A stretch of DNA of 50,809 nt from a virus (lineage: Duplodnaviria > Caudoviricetes): positions 1 through 50,809 of IMG/VR virus record IMGVR_UViG_3300030372_000654. One strand, written 5' to 3'. Below, piece by piece: positions 14,305 through 24,054 of the stretch. The stretch's first letter is position 1. Each line of letters begins with the position of its first letter. The notes beneath the pieces are model-generated. The model did not search any database. It saw nothing but the letters and a program-made list of their open reading frames with translations, and was not told the DNA's origin. The position numbers and the translations under genes are program-made.

Positions 14305-15975
14305 ATGAATGATACAACTTGGCATAAGTTGAAACAACCCTGTCCACTTTGCACTAGCAGTGATGCTGTAGGAGTCAATGAAGATGGCTCCGCAAAGTGT
14401 TTCAGTTGTGGAGAATTTATGCCTAACTATGAACAAGCATGTAAAGGAAAAACTATGACACAATCACAACCAATAGAAACTAAACAACCGGACAATGTAT
14501 CTGAGGGTAACTTCATTGCATTGACTGACAGAAAAATATCTCAAGCAACCGCACAGAAGTTTGGGGTCAAAGCTGTTCAAGACCTAAAGGGTCAGGTTAT
14601 TAAACATTTCTATCCATATTATAATGGACATGAATTATCAGCTACTAAGTGTAGAAACTCTGTAACAAAAGATTTCTTTGTACAAGGTAGTTATAATGAG
14701 ACTGGACTATTTGGTCAGCAGTTGTTTAAGGGTGGTAAGTATGTCACCATAACCGAAGGGGAGTGTGATGCTATGGCAGCTTACGAACTACTTGGTAGTA
14801 AGTGGGCTGTGGTATCCATCAAGCGTGGTGCACAAGGTGCAGTAAGAGACATCAAAGAAAGCTTGGAGTTCTTTGACGACTTTGAAAACGTGATCGTTGC
14901 TTTTGATAATGATAAAGCAGGAAAGGATGCAGCAGTTAAAGTTGCAAGACTTTTCAAGCCCGGAAAGGCTAGGATACTCACACTTCCCAATGGGTTTAAA
15001 GACCCTAACGATATGCTTAAGTCTAACCGACATAAGGACTTTGTTGAAGCTTGGTGGGCTAGTAAAGTTTATACACCCTCTGGTGTTATTAATGTTACTG
15101 AGCAACGTGACAAGTTTCATAATCGTGAGAAGAAACAAAGTATACCTTATCCTTGGGAAGGACTAAACAAAAAGCTATATGGTTTGAGACAAGGAGAACT
15201 GGTAACTCTTACCGGTGGAACAGGACTAGGTAAGTCTAGTGTCACCAGAGAGTTAGAACATTGGTTGGTCAAACAAACTACAGACAATGTAGGTATCATT
15301 GCACTAGAAGAAGACTGGAGAAGAACCATTGATGGGATCTTATCTATTGAAGCTAATGCTAGATTATATATTGACCAAGAACGTGAAAAGTTTTCTAGAG
15401 AAGAACTCGATAAGATGTTTGATATCTTGTATGATGGTGAGAATAAAAACAGAGTATGGGTTCATTCACACTTTGGAACCAATGACATTGATGATATCTT
15501 TACCAAGCTACGATTTATGATTATTGGCTGTGACTGTAAATGGGTGGTTGTAGATCACTTACATATGTTAGTTAGTGCTGTACATGAAGGCGATGAGAGA
15601 CGAGCTATTGATTCTATTATGACTAGACTTAGAAGTTTAGTAGAGGAAACAGGAGCAGGTATTATTCTAGTATCTCATTTACGTAGAGTAGATGGTAACA
15701 AAGGACACGAGAATGGTATTGAGGTAAGCCTATCTCATTTACGTGGGTCTAATAGTATTGGTCAGTTATCAGATTGTGTTATTGCATTAGAACGTAATCA
15801 ACAGTCAGATGATTTTGATGAATCAAGAACTACAAAATTACGAATTCTTAAATCAAGATATACAGGTGATGTTGGTATGGCAGCTAGAGTTATCTATGAC
15901 ATTGAAACCGGCAGACTATCTGAACTTACTAATGAAGACATAGAGTTTGATAACGTTGGTGAGGAAGGATTTTAA
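14305..15975 (+). CDS. DNA primase-helicase (T7 gp4-like)
   Basis: Zn finger CPLC..CFSC, TOPRIM EGECD and FDND, Walker A GTGLGKS, VVDHL, LRGS; GAGGAGG RBS before ATG 14305. Confidence 0.95.
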   Translation: MNDTTWHKLKQPCPLCTSSDAVGVNEDGSAKCFSCGEFMPNYEQACKGKTMTQSQPIETKQPDNVSEGNFIALTDRKISQATAQKFGVKAVQDLKGQVIKHFYPYYNGHELSATKCRNSVTKDFFVQGSYNETGLFGQQLFKGGKYVTITEGECDAMAAYELLGSKWAVVSIKRGAQGAVRDIKESLEFFDDFENVIVAFDNDKAGKDAAVKVARLFKPGKARILTLPNGFKDPNDMLKSNRHKDFVEAWWASKVYTPSGVINVTEQRDKFHNREKKQSIPYPWEGLNKKLYGLRQGELVTLTGGTGLGKSSVTRELEHWLVKQTTDNVGIIALEEDWRRTIDGILSIEANARLYIDQEREKFSREELDKMFDILYDGENKNRVWVHSHFGTNDIDDIFTKLRFMIIGCDCKWVVVDHLHMLVSAVHEGDERRAIDSIMTRLRSLVEETGAGIILVSHLRRVDGNKGHENGIEVSLSHLRGSNSIGQLSDCVIALERNQQSDDFDESRTTKLRILKSRYTGDVGMAARVIYDIETGRLSELTNEDIEFDNVGEEGF

Positions 15976-17705
15976 TGGACTTAGTATTTGACATAGAAAC
16001 TGATGATCTTCATGCTACAAAAGTATGGTGTATCGTTGCCCAGAATCCTGACTCAGGAGAAATATTTAAGTTTCCACCTAGTAAGCTAGAAGAAGGGTAT
16101 CAGTTTTTAACAACAGCCGATAGGTTGATTGGTCATAATATCATTGGCTTTGATATACCTATGGTAGAAAAGTTTGGTAATGTAGACCTAAGTAGCAAAA
16201 AGATTATTGATACTCTGGTACTATCTAGACTATTTAATCCAACACGTGATGGTGGTCACAGTCTTGAAACTTGGGGTTACAAGTTAGGTTATCCAAAGAT
16301 TGAGTTTGAAGATTATCTTAACTACTCTACTGATATGTTAAACTATTGTGTACGGGATGTACAGTTAAACACTAGAGTATTACAAGAACTTCGTAAAGAA
16401 TCTAAAGGTTTCAAACCAGAATGCATTGACCTTGAACAAGGTGTAGCCAAGATTATGAAACAACAAGAGCAAGATGGTTTTGCTTTTGATATGCAATCAG
16501 CTTTAAGTTTGTTAGCAGAACTCAGAGAAAAGATGCAACAAATAGAAGATGAAGTTCATTCTACATTCAAACCTAAATGGGTAGATACAAAACAAGTGAC
16601 ACCTTACATTAAGAAAGATGGTAATCTATCTAAACGTGGGCTTACCAATGAAGAGTATCAACGATGTTTAGATACTGATAACTTTAATCCTTTTATGAGA
16701 CAAACTTTACAAGAGTTTAATCTTGGCTCTCGTAAACAGATTGGAGAATATCTTATAGACTTTGGTTGGAAGCCAGATAGATTTACACCTACTGGTCAAC
16801 CTATTGTAGATGAGAAAACATTATCTAAGATAACTCACATCCATGAAGCAAAACTTATAGCAGATTTTTTATTACTGCAAAAGCGTATAGCTCAGATTGA
16901 TTCATGGGTAGAAGCGGTCAAAGATGATGGCAGAATACATGGGTTCGTTATTCCTAATGGAACTATTACCGGAAGAATGACACATAGAAACCCCAATGTT
17001 GCACAGGTTCCCTCAGTTCACAGTCCTTATGGTAAAGAATGTAGATCATGTTGGACTGTAGAAGATGGATATAAACTTGTAGGTGTAGATGCAAGTGGAC
17101 TAGAGCTACGCATGTTAGCACATTACATGGATGATAAGGAGTATATAAATGAAATTATTAATGGAGACATTCACACAACTAACCAAAACTTTGCTGGACT
17201 TAAATCAAGAGATCAGGCTAAAACTTTCATATATGCCCTCGTGTACGGAGCAGGAGATGAAAAGATTGGAAGCATTATTAAAGGAAGTAGATCAGAAGGT
17301 AAACAGTTGCGAGAACGCTTTCTTAGTAGTCTCCCAACATACAAGTCTCTTAAAGAACGAGTTGACAGAGCAGCTTCAAAAAATTTCCTCAAAGGATTAG
17401 ATGGTAGGAAGTTATATATAAGAAATAAACATGCAGCTTTAAACACATTACTTCAAGGAGCAGGAGCAATCTTAATGAAAAAAGCCTTAGTCAACTTAGA
17501 TAGTTTGTTAAGACTTAATGCAATTGATTATAGATTTGTTGCTAACATCCATGATGAATGGCAAATAGAAGTAAGAGAATCTCAGGCAGACTTTGTAGGA
17601 GAAATGGCAGTTAAAAGTATTGTAGAATCAGGTGAACATTTTAATCTACGCTGTCCAATGGATGGCGAATATAAAGTAGGAGGTAATTGGAGTGACACAC
17701 ATTAA
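15975..17705 (+). CDS. polA: DNA polymerase family A (T7 gp5-like) with 3'-5' exonuclease
   Basis: FDIETD, GHNIIGFD, TGRM, DASGLELR, RDQAKTFIYALVYG, NIHDE. Confidence 0.95.
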   Translation: MDLVFDIETDDLHATKVWCIVAQNPDSGEIFKFPPSKLEEGYQFLTTADRLIGHNIIGFDIPMVEKFGNVDLSSKKIIDTLVLSRLFNPTRDGGHSLETWGYKLGYPKIEFEDYLNYSTDMLNYCVRDVQLNTRVLQELRKESKGFKPECIDLEQGVAKIMKQQEQDGFAFDMQSALSLLAELREKMQQIEDEVHSTFKPKWVDTKQVTPYIKKDGNLSKRGLTNEEYQRCLDTDNFNPFMRQTLQEFNLGSRKQIGEYLIDFGWKPDRFTPTGQPIVDEKTLSKITHIHEAKLIADFLLLQKRIAQIDSWVEAVKDDGRIHGFVIPNGTITGRMTHRNPNVAQVPSVHSPYGKECRSCWTVEDGYKLVGVDASGLELRMLAHYMDDKEYINEIINGDIHTTNQNFAGLKSRDQAKTFIYALVYGAGDEKIGSIIKGSRSEGKQLRERFLSSLPTYKSLKERVDRAASKNFLKGLDGRKLYIRNKHAALNTLLQGAGAILMKKALVNLDSLLRLNAIDYRFVANIHDEWQIEVRESQADFVGEMAVKSIVESGEHFNLRCPMDGEYKVGGNWSDTH

Positions 17706-17979
17706 TCACACACAAGATAATAGAAAAGGAGACATGGCTGAGTTTTACGCAGTCACTTGGCTTTGGGATAATGGATATGAAGTATTTAAAAACTGTGGCT
17801 GCACTGGTCCAGTAGACTTAATTGCTACAAAGGATGGTAAGACAACTTTGATAGATGTAAAAACAAAATCAGGTCGATCAGGTAGGACTAGAAGTATTGA
17901 GCAGTTACAGTTAGATGTAAAGATATTAAACTATAATCCAGAGACTCGGAAGTTAAATTTTGTAAAACATCAAAAATAA
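17692..17979 (+). CDS. PD-(D/E)XK endonuclease, resolvase-like
   Basis: KGDMAE..WL...GYEVF..VDLI...IDVKT. Confidence 0.75.
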   Translation: MTHINHTQDNRKGDMAEFYAVTWLWDNGYEVFKNCGCTGPVDLIATKDGKTTLIDVKTKSGRSGRTRSIEQLQLDVKILNYNPETRKLNFVKHQK

Positions 17980-17980
17980 T

Positions 17981-18853
17981 ATGCCTAAATCTAAAAAGAC
18001 TCTTGACACATTAGTCGAAGATATATATAATAAGATAGGTGTACTTGCTGATGGTAAGCATATTGATCTAGACCCAGAGACTATAGACCAGTTTGGTGAG
18101 TCTATGAAAGAGATACTTTACAAGTGGTCTCACCCTGAACCAAGAGGTAAAGCTACTTTACGTATGTCTAACATAGGTAGAAAGTCACGTCAACTTTGGT
18201 TTGATATGAAGTCGGAAGACACTGCTGAGAAGATGCCACCTTCTTTGTTTATTAAATTTTTGTATGGACATTTACTTGAAGAGATAGTTCTATTTCTTAT
18301 TAAGCTATCTGGACATAAAGTTACCAGCGAACAAAAAGAAATAAAAGTATCCGGTATTAAAGGACACATGGATTGTGTTATAGACGGTGAGGTTGTGGAT
18401 ATTAAAACAGCTTCTGGATTTTCATTTAAAAAATTCAAAGATGGAACTCTTGCAGAGAATGATATGTTTGGATATATGGCTCAACTTGCCGGATATGAAG
18501 CAGCCGAGGGTACTGACAAAGGAGGTTTCTTAGCCTTAAATAAAGAGTCTGGTGAGTTAGCTTTATATCGACCAGATAACTTTGATAAACCTAATATCAA
18601 GAAAAAGATTTCTAATATTAAAAAGGCTGTCAAGTTAGCTACACCACCTGATCTATGTTATAGCCCAGTTCCAGATGGTAAGTCTGGTAACATGCAGCTA
18701 CCTAGAGAGTGTGTTTATTGTAGACATAAGTTTGAATGTCATAAAGATGCCAATGAAGGTAAAGGACTTCGAGTATTTAAGTATGCTAATGGATTAAAAT
18801 ACTTAACCCTAACACCTAAACCGCCTAAAGTTATAGAGGTAACACAAGTATGA
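17981..18853 (+). CDS. PD-(D/E)XK exonuclease, Cas4/RecB-like
   Basis: RMSNIG, GHLLE, GHMD..VDIKT, Y..QL..Y, C-terminal CxxC-x5-C. Confidence 0.85.
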   Translation: MPKSKKTLDTLVEDIYNKIGVLADGKHIDLDPETIDQFGESMKEILYKWSHPEPRGKATLRMSNIGRKSRQLWFDMKSEDTAEKMPPSLFIKFLYGHLLEEIVLFLIKLSGHKVTSEQKEIKVSGIKGHMDCVIDGEVVDIKTASGFSFKKFKDGTLAENDMFGYMAQLAGYEAAEGTDKGGFLALNKESGELALYRPDNFDKPNIKKKISNIKKAVKLATPPDLCYSPVPDGKSGNMQLPRECVYCRHKFECHKDANEGKGLRVFKYANGLKYLTLTPKPPKVIEVTQV

Positions 18854-19092
18854 GTGGAAGAAGATCAAAAAAATTAAGAAGAAAAGCAGAGGACTTACTT
18901 ATCGCATGGTTGAGAACAATGGTTCCAGAAGGAGAGGATACATCTAAAATCAGTAGAAAGAATCTTGATGAGTTCTTACCAGAACAAACTCATATTTTTG
19001 CTAACAATAAATATTTACTTAGTGCCTACAGTTTACGTTGGTTCTATAAACAAATGAAACAAAACCCAAATATAAAATTAAAGGATATATAA
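18850..19092 (+). CDS. Hypothetical protein
   Basis: 80-aa translationally coupled ORF. Confidence 0.7.
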   Translation: MSGRRSKKLRRKAEDLLIAWLRTMVPEGEDTSKISRKNLDEFLPEQTHIFANNKYLLSAYSLRWFYKQMKQNPNIKLKDI

Positions 19093-19358
19093 TGAATTAT
19101 AAATTTAATGAAGGACGATTAATACAAGAACTACAGTCTTATATTGATGAGACATATGGTGAGCATTATGCTTCAGATAAATATCAAGCTACAGATATTA
19201 TCATTGACTCTGGACATGGAGAAGGTTTTGCTTTAGGTAACATTATGAAGTATGCAAAACGATATGGAAATAAAGATGGAAAGAACAGAAAAGACTTGCT
19301 AAAAATCTTACATTATGGTATAATAATGCTTAACGTACACGATACAGAGAACTCATAA
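19092..19358 (+). CDS. DUF3310 / T7 gp1.7-like protein, putative nucleotide kinase
   Basis: HY...GF..GNI.KY..RY..K....DL.K..HY. Confidence 0.75.
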   Translation: MNYKFNEGRLIQELQSYIDETYGEHYASDKYQATDIIIDSGHGEGFALGNIMKYAKRYGNKDGKNRKDLLKILHYGIIMLNVHDTENS

Positions 19359-21253
19359 TGGTAGAAGATAAAGTCGGTATCAAGGAATACCTTGGTATCA
19401 AAATAAATTATAGTAATGAAAAAAATTTAGATAAGTTTAGCCTTGATACTCTCAAGGATAGATACTTATGGGAGAATGAAACACATGCACAAGAAGCATT
19501 TGCCAGAGCATCAGTCTTCGCAGCCACTTACAAAGGTCACACAGATTTTGAATTGGCTCAGAGACTTTATCACTACAGTTCCAGTTGTTGGTTCATGTTT
19601 AGCACTCCTATACTTAGTAACGGGGGAACAAGTCGTGGTCTTCCTATTAGCTGTTTTCTCAATTATGTACCTGATAGCAGGGATGGTTTATCTGCTCACT
19701 ATGACGAAAATATTTGGTTGGCAAGTTCGGGTGGAGGTATTGGTGGATTTTGGGGAGATATTCGTAGTAATGGTATTTCTACTACTCACGGTAGCAAGTC
19801 TACTGGTTCAATCCCTTTCATCCATGTAGTAGATTCTCAAATGTTAGCCTTCAATCAAGGCACGACTAGACGTGGTTCTTATGCTGCTTACATGGATATA
19901 TCTCATCCGGAGATAGAAGAGTTTATTAACATGCGTAAAGAATCTGGTGGAGATATTAATCGTAAGAATCTTAATCTTCACAATGGTATAAACATCACTA
20001 ATGATTTTCTCAAAGCTGTTGAAGACGATGCAGACTTTAGATTGATTGACCCTAAGACTAACGAACCTACAAAGATTGTAAATGCTAGAGACTTGTGGTG
20101 GCAGATCATTAATGCAAGAGCAGAGACAGGTGAGCCATACATGATTAATATAGATACATGTAACGAAGCATTACCCAAAGAACAAAAAGATTTAGGATTA
20201 GAAATCAAACAGAGCAATCTTTGTTCTGAGATTACTTTACCTACTAACGAAGAACGAACAGCAGTATGTTGTTTGTCTTCTGTAAACTTAGAATACTTTG
20301 ATGATTGGAGTGAGAATCCTCTGTTCATTGATGATTTAATTACCATGCTTGACAACGTTCTTCAACATTATATTGATAACGCTGTTGACACAGATAACTT
20401 AGGAGAGTATAATGCAAACTTTAAAAGATTTCAAAAACATATCAAGCCCGGTAAAGAAGGCTTTACTAAATCTGCGTACTCGGCTTACCGAGAAAGGTCG
20501 TTGGGTTTGGGGGCGATGGGATTCCATTCGTACTTACAGGCACACAATATTCCTTTCGAAGGTATATTCGCTACGGGATTTAATTACAAAGCGTTTAAGC
20601 ACATTAAGAAACATTCAACTAGAGCAACTGAACGACTTGCTGATGAACGTGGTGAGTCACCTGATATCAGTGGTAGTGGTCGTAGGAATGCTCATCTACT
20701 CGCTGTTGCTCCTAACGCTTCTTCTAGTATCATATGTGGTGGGACATCTCCTTCGATTGAGCCATACAGGGCTAATGCTTATACGCACAAAACTTTATCC
20801 GGATCATTCCAAGTAAAAAATAAATATCTTGAAGAGGTATTACAAGAAAAAGGATTAAAGAAGGCTGAGTTAAATGATATATGGAAAGACATTGCAGGTA
20901 AAGATGGCTCTGTACAACATCTTGATATACTAACAGATGAAGAAAAAGAAGTGTTTAAAACTGCTAATGAAATAGATCAGATATGGATTATAGAACATGC
21001 ATCTAAACGACAAGAGTTTATTTGTCAAGCACAGTCAGTTAATTTATTCTTTACACTTCCTAAAGCTACAGAGCCACAGGAAGTACATGATGAATACATG
21101 CAGTACGTCAATGATGTACACTGGTATGGTATGAACAAACTTAAATCTTTATACTACTTTAGGTCTAATGCTGCTCGTAGTGTAGAAAATGTAAACACCA
21201 AAGTTCAGCGTATTAAGTTAGACGATGCTGAATGTATTGCTTGTGAGGGATAG
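19358..21253 (+). CDS. nrdA: Ribonucleotide reductase class I alpha subunit, no ATP cone
   Basis: STPILSN, ISCF, QGTTRRG, SNLCSEI, APNASSS, SLYY, C-terminal CIAC. Confidence 0.95.
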   Translation: MVEDKVGIKEYLGIKINYSNEKNLDKFSLDTLKDRYLWENETHAQEAFARASVFAATYKGHTDFELAQRLYHYSSSCWFMFSTPILSNGGTSRGLPISCFLNYVPDSRDGLSAHYDENIWLASSGGGIGGFWGDIRSNGISTTHGSKSTGSIPFIHVVDSQMLAFNQGTTRRGSYAAYMDISHPEIEEFINMRKESGGDINRKNLNLHNGINITNDFLKAVEDDADFRLIDPKTNEPTKIVNARDLWWQIINARAETGEPYMINIDTCNEALPKEQKDLGLEIKQSNLCSEITLPTNEERTAVCCLSSVNLEYFDDWSENPLFIDDLITMLDNVLQHYIDNAVDTDNLGEYNANFKRFQKHIKPGKEGFTKSAYSAYRERSLGLGAMGFHSYLQAHNIPFEGIFATGFNYKAFKHIKKHSTRATERLADERGESPDISGSGRRNAHLLAVAPNASSSIICGGTSPSIEPYRANAYTHKTLSGSFQVKNKYLEEVLQEKGLKKAELNDIWKDIAGKDGSVQHLDILTDEEKEVFKTANEIDQIWIIEHASKRQEFICQAQSVNLFFTLPKATEPQEVHDEYMQYVNDVHWYGMNKLKSLYYFRSNAARSVENVNTKVQRIKLDDAECIACEG

Positions 21254-21254
21254 T

Positions 21255-21398
21255 ATGGATTGTTGGCATTGTGGAACAGAATTAATATGGGGTGGAGATC
21301 ACGATATAGAAGATGAAAACGATGAATACATTATGGAAACTAATTTAAGTTGCCCCAAATGTAACTCTTTTGTAATAGTATATTTACCAAAGGATTAA
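21255..21398 (+). CDS. 47-aa zinc-ribbon protein
   Basis: MDCWHCGTELIWGGDHD...LSCPKC. Confidence 0.7.
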   Translation: MDCWHCGTELIWGGDHDIEDENDEYIMETNLSCPKCNSFVIVYLPKD

Positions 21399-21399
21399 T

Positions 21400-21579
21400 A
21401 TGAAACAAGAAGAATTTACAAATGTATTTAGTCAGAAATTTTCTGGCTTTACAAGTAGGATGTGGTTAGATTATTGTGATGAAAATAATAATCCATTCGC
21501 AAAAACAAAAGATTATGCAGGATACGTAATTGAAAATTTTAAATATTTAGTTAAGAAATTTAACAAGGAGAACACATGA
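21400..21579 (+). CDS. 59-aa hypothetical protein
   Basis: AAGGA RBS; RMWLDYCDE motif; ATGA coupling. Confidence 0.65.
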   Translation: MKQEEFTNVFSQKFSGFTSRMWLDYCDENNNPFAKTKDYAGYVIENFKYLVKKFNKENT

Positions 21580-21890
21580 GTGGTTTTATGAAATCACATT
21601 TTGAAGGCTACGCAGAAGATGGTGCATCTCATGTTTATTTTTCAGAAGGAATGTACATTGTAAAATCAATAGATGATTATGGTAAAGCTCACTATGGCAT
21701 GGTAAGTGAAGAACAGTTAAGGTCTCCAGATTGGAAACCACCGGACTATGAAAAACGTTATCAAGATTTAAAAAAACATTATGATAAAAAACTAGAGCTA
21801 CACAACAGAAAAAAAGAACTAAATACACTAAAGATAGAGATAGATTCTATCGAAAAATTATTAAAAAAATTTAACAAGGAAAAAACATGA
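21576..21890 (+). CDS. Hypothetical protein with a C-terminal coiled coil
   Basis: 104-aa ORF flanked by a 30-bp imperfect direct repeat. Confidence 0.7.
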   Translation: MSGFMKSHFEGYAEDGASHVYFSEGMYIVKSIDDYGKAHYGMVSEEQLRSPDWKPPDYEKRYQDLKKHYDKKLELHNRKKELNTLKIEIDSIEKLLKKFNKEKT

Positions 21891-22870
21891 GCTTATTAGA
21901 TACAAGAGATTATTACAAACCATTCGACAACCCTTGGATGTTTGACTACTATGTCTTACAAAATCAAATGCATTGGATGCCAGAATCAGTGCCACTACAT
22001 ACAGATGTAAAAGATTGGCAAGAGTTATCTGTAAAAGAAAAGAACTTACTTACACAAATCTTTAGACTGTTTACTCAATCAGATGTAGATGTTGGTGCAG
22101 GATACGTTGATAGATATATGCGTATCTTTAGAAAGCCTGAAGCTAGAATGATGATGGGTTCGTTTGCTAACATGGAATCTATTCATCAACACGCTTACAG
22201 TTTATTACTTGATACAGTTGGTATGCCTGAGATAGAGTACAAAGCTTTTGCAGAGTACGAAGAGATGGCAGATAAACATGATTATGTTCACAATATTAAG
22301 ACAACTAAGTCTGATAAGAAAAGTATTGCAAAAACTTTAGCAGTCTATTCAGCATTTACTGAGGGTCTACAGCTGTTTAGTAGCTTTGCAATATTGTTAA
22401 ACTTCCCACGCTTTGGACGTATGAAAGGTATGGGACAGATAGTTACTTACTCTATCCGTGATGAGTCTATGCACGTTGAAGCTATGACTAAACTATTTAG
22501 AGAGTTTATCCAAGAGAACATAGAGATATGGACTGATGATTTCAAAAAAGAAATATATCAAATCTGTAGACAAATGGTGGAACTAGAAGATAAGTTCTTA
22601 GACTTAGTGTTTGATATGGGAGACCTCGAAGGTCTTACCAAGAAAGATATGTATGCTTACAATAGATACATAGCTGACAGAAGATTATTACAATTGGGAT
22701 TAAAAACAAACTATGACCAGAGAGAAAATCCTTTGGAATGGTTAGATGAAGTAATGGGTGTTGAACATCAAAACTTCTTTGAAGGTCGTGCTACTTCTTA
22801 TATGAAAGCAGGACTACGTGGTAGACAAGATAAAGTAACCTTTGCAAACTTGGAGAAAGAGAATGGTTAA
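21887..22870 (+). CDS. nrdB: Ribonucleotide reductase class Ia beta subunit
   Basis: FTQSD, ESIH..AY (radical Tyr), TEG, DESMH, NFFE.R...Y. Confidence 0.95.
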   Translation: MSLLDTRDYYKPFDNPWMFDYYVLQNQMHWMPESVPLHTDVKDWQELSVKEKNLLTQIFRLFTQSDVDVGAGYVDRYMRIFRKPEARMMMGSFANMESIHQHAYSLLLDTVGMPEIEYKAFAEYEEMADKHDYVHNIKTTKSDKKSIAKTLAVYSAFTEGLQLFSSFAILLNFPRFGRMKGMGQIVTYSIRDESMHVEAMTKLFREFIQENIEIWTDDFKKEIYQICRQMVELEDKFLDLVFDMGDLEGLTKKDMYAYNRYIADRRLLQLGLKTNYDQRENPLEWLDEVMGVEHQNFFEGRATSYMKAGLRGRQDKVTFANLEKENG

Positions 22871-23081
22871 TAAGAATGAAGCAAACTTGGTAAGTTTTAA
22901 AGTGCTTCTTACACGCAACAATGATATAGTTACAGAGTTTAGTATGCTACCAGAGGATATGGTTAATGAAATATTCCCTCCAGATGAGAGAGATATTATT
23001 AAAACTATCCTCCGGAATGGTAAGCATAAGATGGGAGACTTACATAACTTCTTTCAAAGAGAGTTAAATGTTTTAAAGTAA
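22863..23081 (+). CDS. Hypothetical protein, last gene of the plus-strand arm
   Basis: GGAG RBS before ATG 22863 (MVNKNEA). Confidence 0.65.
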   Translation: MVNKNEANLVSFKVLLTRNNDIVTEFSMLPEDMVNEIFPPDERDIIKTILRNGKHKMGDLHNFFQRELNVLK

Positions 23082-23438
23082 TTATCCTGCTAAAGGATTC
23101 TTATTCTCTTCTTTAAATATTTTTATATCAGTCTTAACACTTTCGATATCAGCTTTCATACCTGATATATCGGACTTGATAGACTCAAGATTATTAATCT
23201 TAAGCAAGATAGTCTCATCAATAGTTTTATTAATATATTCTACTGATGTTTCTAATGCTTCAATCCTGTTGATAACCTCATCAACTCCTTGCTCAGTTTC
23301 TTTAGCTTGTTGAGCTTTTGATTCTAAGTTCTCTATTCTATTCACGTAGGTTGCACCTGTGTATCCAAACCCTGCAAGAGTTCCAATGATACCCATCAAT
23401 GCAATAAACTGTGTTGTTTTATTTTGTAACCAATCCAT
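23082..23438 (-). CDS. Membrane-anchored coiled-coil protein
   Basis: GGAG RBS before MDWLQ; TM helix then heptad repeats; ends NPLAG. Confidence 0.75.
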   Translation of the reverse strand: MDWLQNKTTQFIALMGIIGTLAGFGYTGATYVNRIENLESKAQQAKETEQGVDEVINRIEALETSVEYINKTIDETILLKINNLESIKSDISGMKADIESVKTDIKIFKEENKNPLAG

Positions 23439-23439
23439 A

Positions 23440-23853
23440 TTATTCTCCGTTCTGTTTATCCTGCCAATCACTTATGGCTTTTTTTATACTATCTTCTGCT
23501 AACACACTACAATGTAATTTTATAGGTGGTAACTCCAAAGCTTCAGCTATGTCTTTATCTTTTATTTCACAAGCTTCTTCAATTGTTTTGCCCTTTAACA
23601 TATCAACAAACATTGTGCTTGATGCTATTGCTGACCCACAGCCATAAGTTTTAAACTTAACATCATCAATAATATGTCTGTTGCCTTGCAACTTACATTT
23701 AATTTGTAACTTCATTACATCCCCACATGCAGGTGCACCAACCATACCAGTGCCTACATCTAAATCTTTAGGATCAAATCTACCCACTGAATATTTTTCT
23801 GGGTTATTTAAAACTCCTTCAAATCTATCTACAACTTTATTTGAGTATGCCAT
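23440..23853 (-). CDS. iscU: Fe-S cluster scaffold protein IscU
   Basis: GAPACGDVMKLQI, FKTYGCGSAIASS, LPPIKLHCSVLAED (three Cys and an LPPVK-like motif). Confidence 0.93.
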   Translation of the reverse strand: MAYSNKVVDRFEGVLNNPEKYSVGRFDPKDLDVGTGMVGAPACGDVMKLQIKCKLQGNRHIIDDVKFKTYGCGSAIASSTMFVDMLKGKTIEEACEIKDKDIAEALELPPIKLHCSVLAEDSIKKAISDWQDKQNGE

Positions 23854-24053
23854 TAAAATGCCTTTGAATTTACATAAAAAACTAATAACATTAAACCAAA
23901 CACTACAACTTGTACCACAGACATAATAGCTACAATATTCATTTGTCTATCTGCCCACCAGTTTAGTTCAGTTTCTTGCCACTTTAAAAACTCTTCAGGC
24001 GATGCTTCATTTGGTTTGTTTAATAATAAACTTTGTTGTTGTGGTATTTTCAT
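23853..24053 (-). CDS. Small membrane protein
   Basis: C-terminal TM helix. Confidence 0.65.
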   Translation of the reverse strand: MKIPQQQSLLLNKPNEASPEEFLKWQETELNWWADRQMNIVAIMSVVQVVVFGLMLLVFYVNSKAF

Positions 24054-24054
24054 T

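Noticed and set aside
23070-23095. Terminator at the convergence of the two gene arms
   Set aside because: The stop codons abut directly (TAA/TTA) and no convincing hairpin with a U tract is visible.
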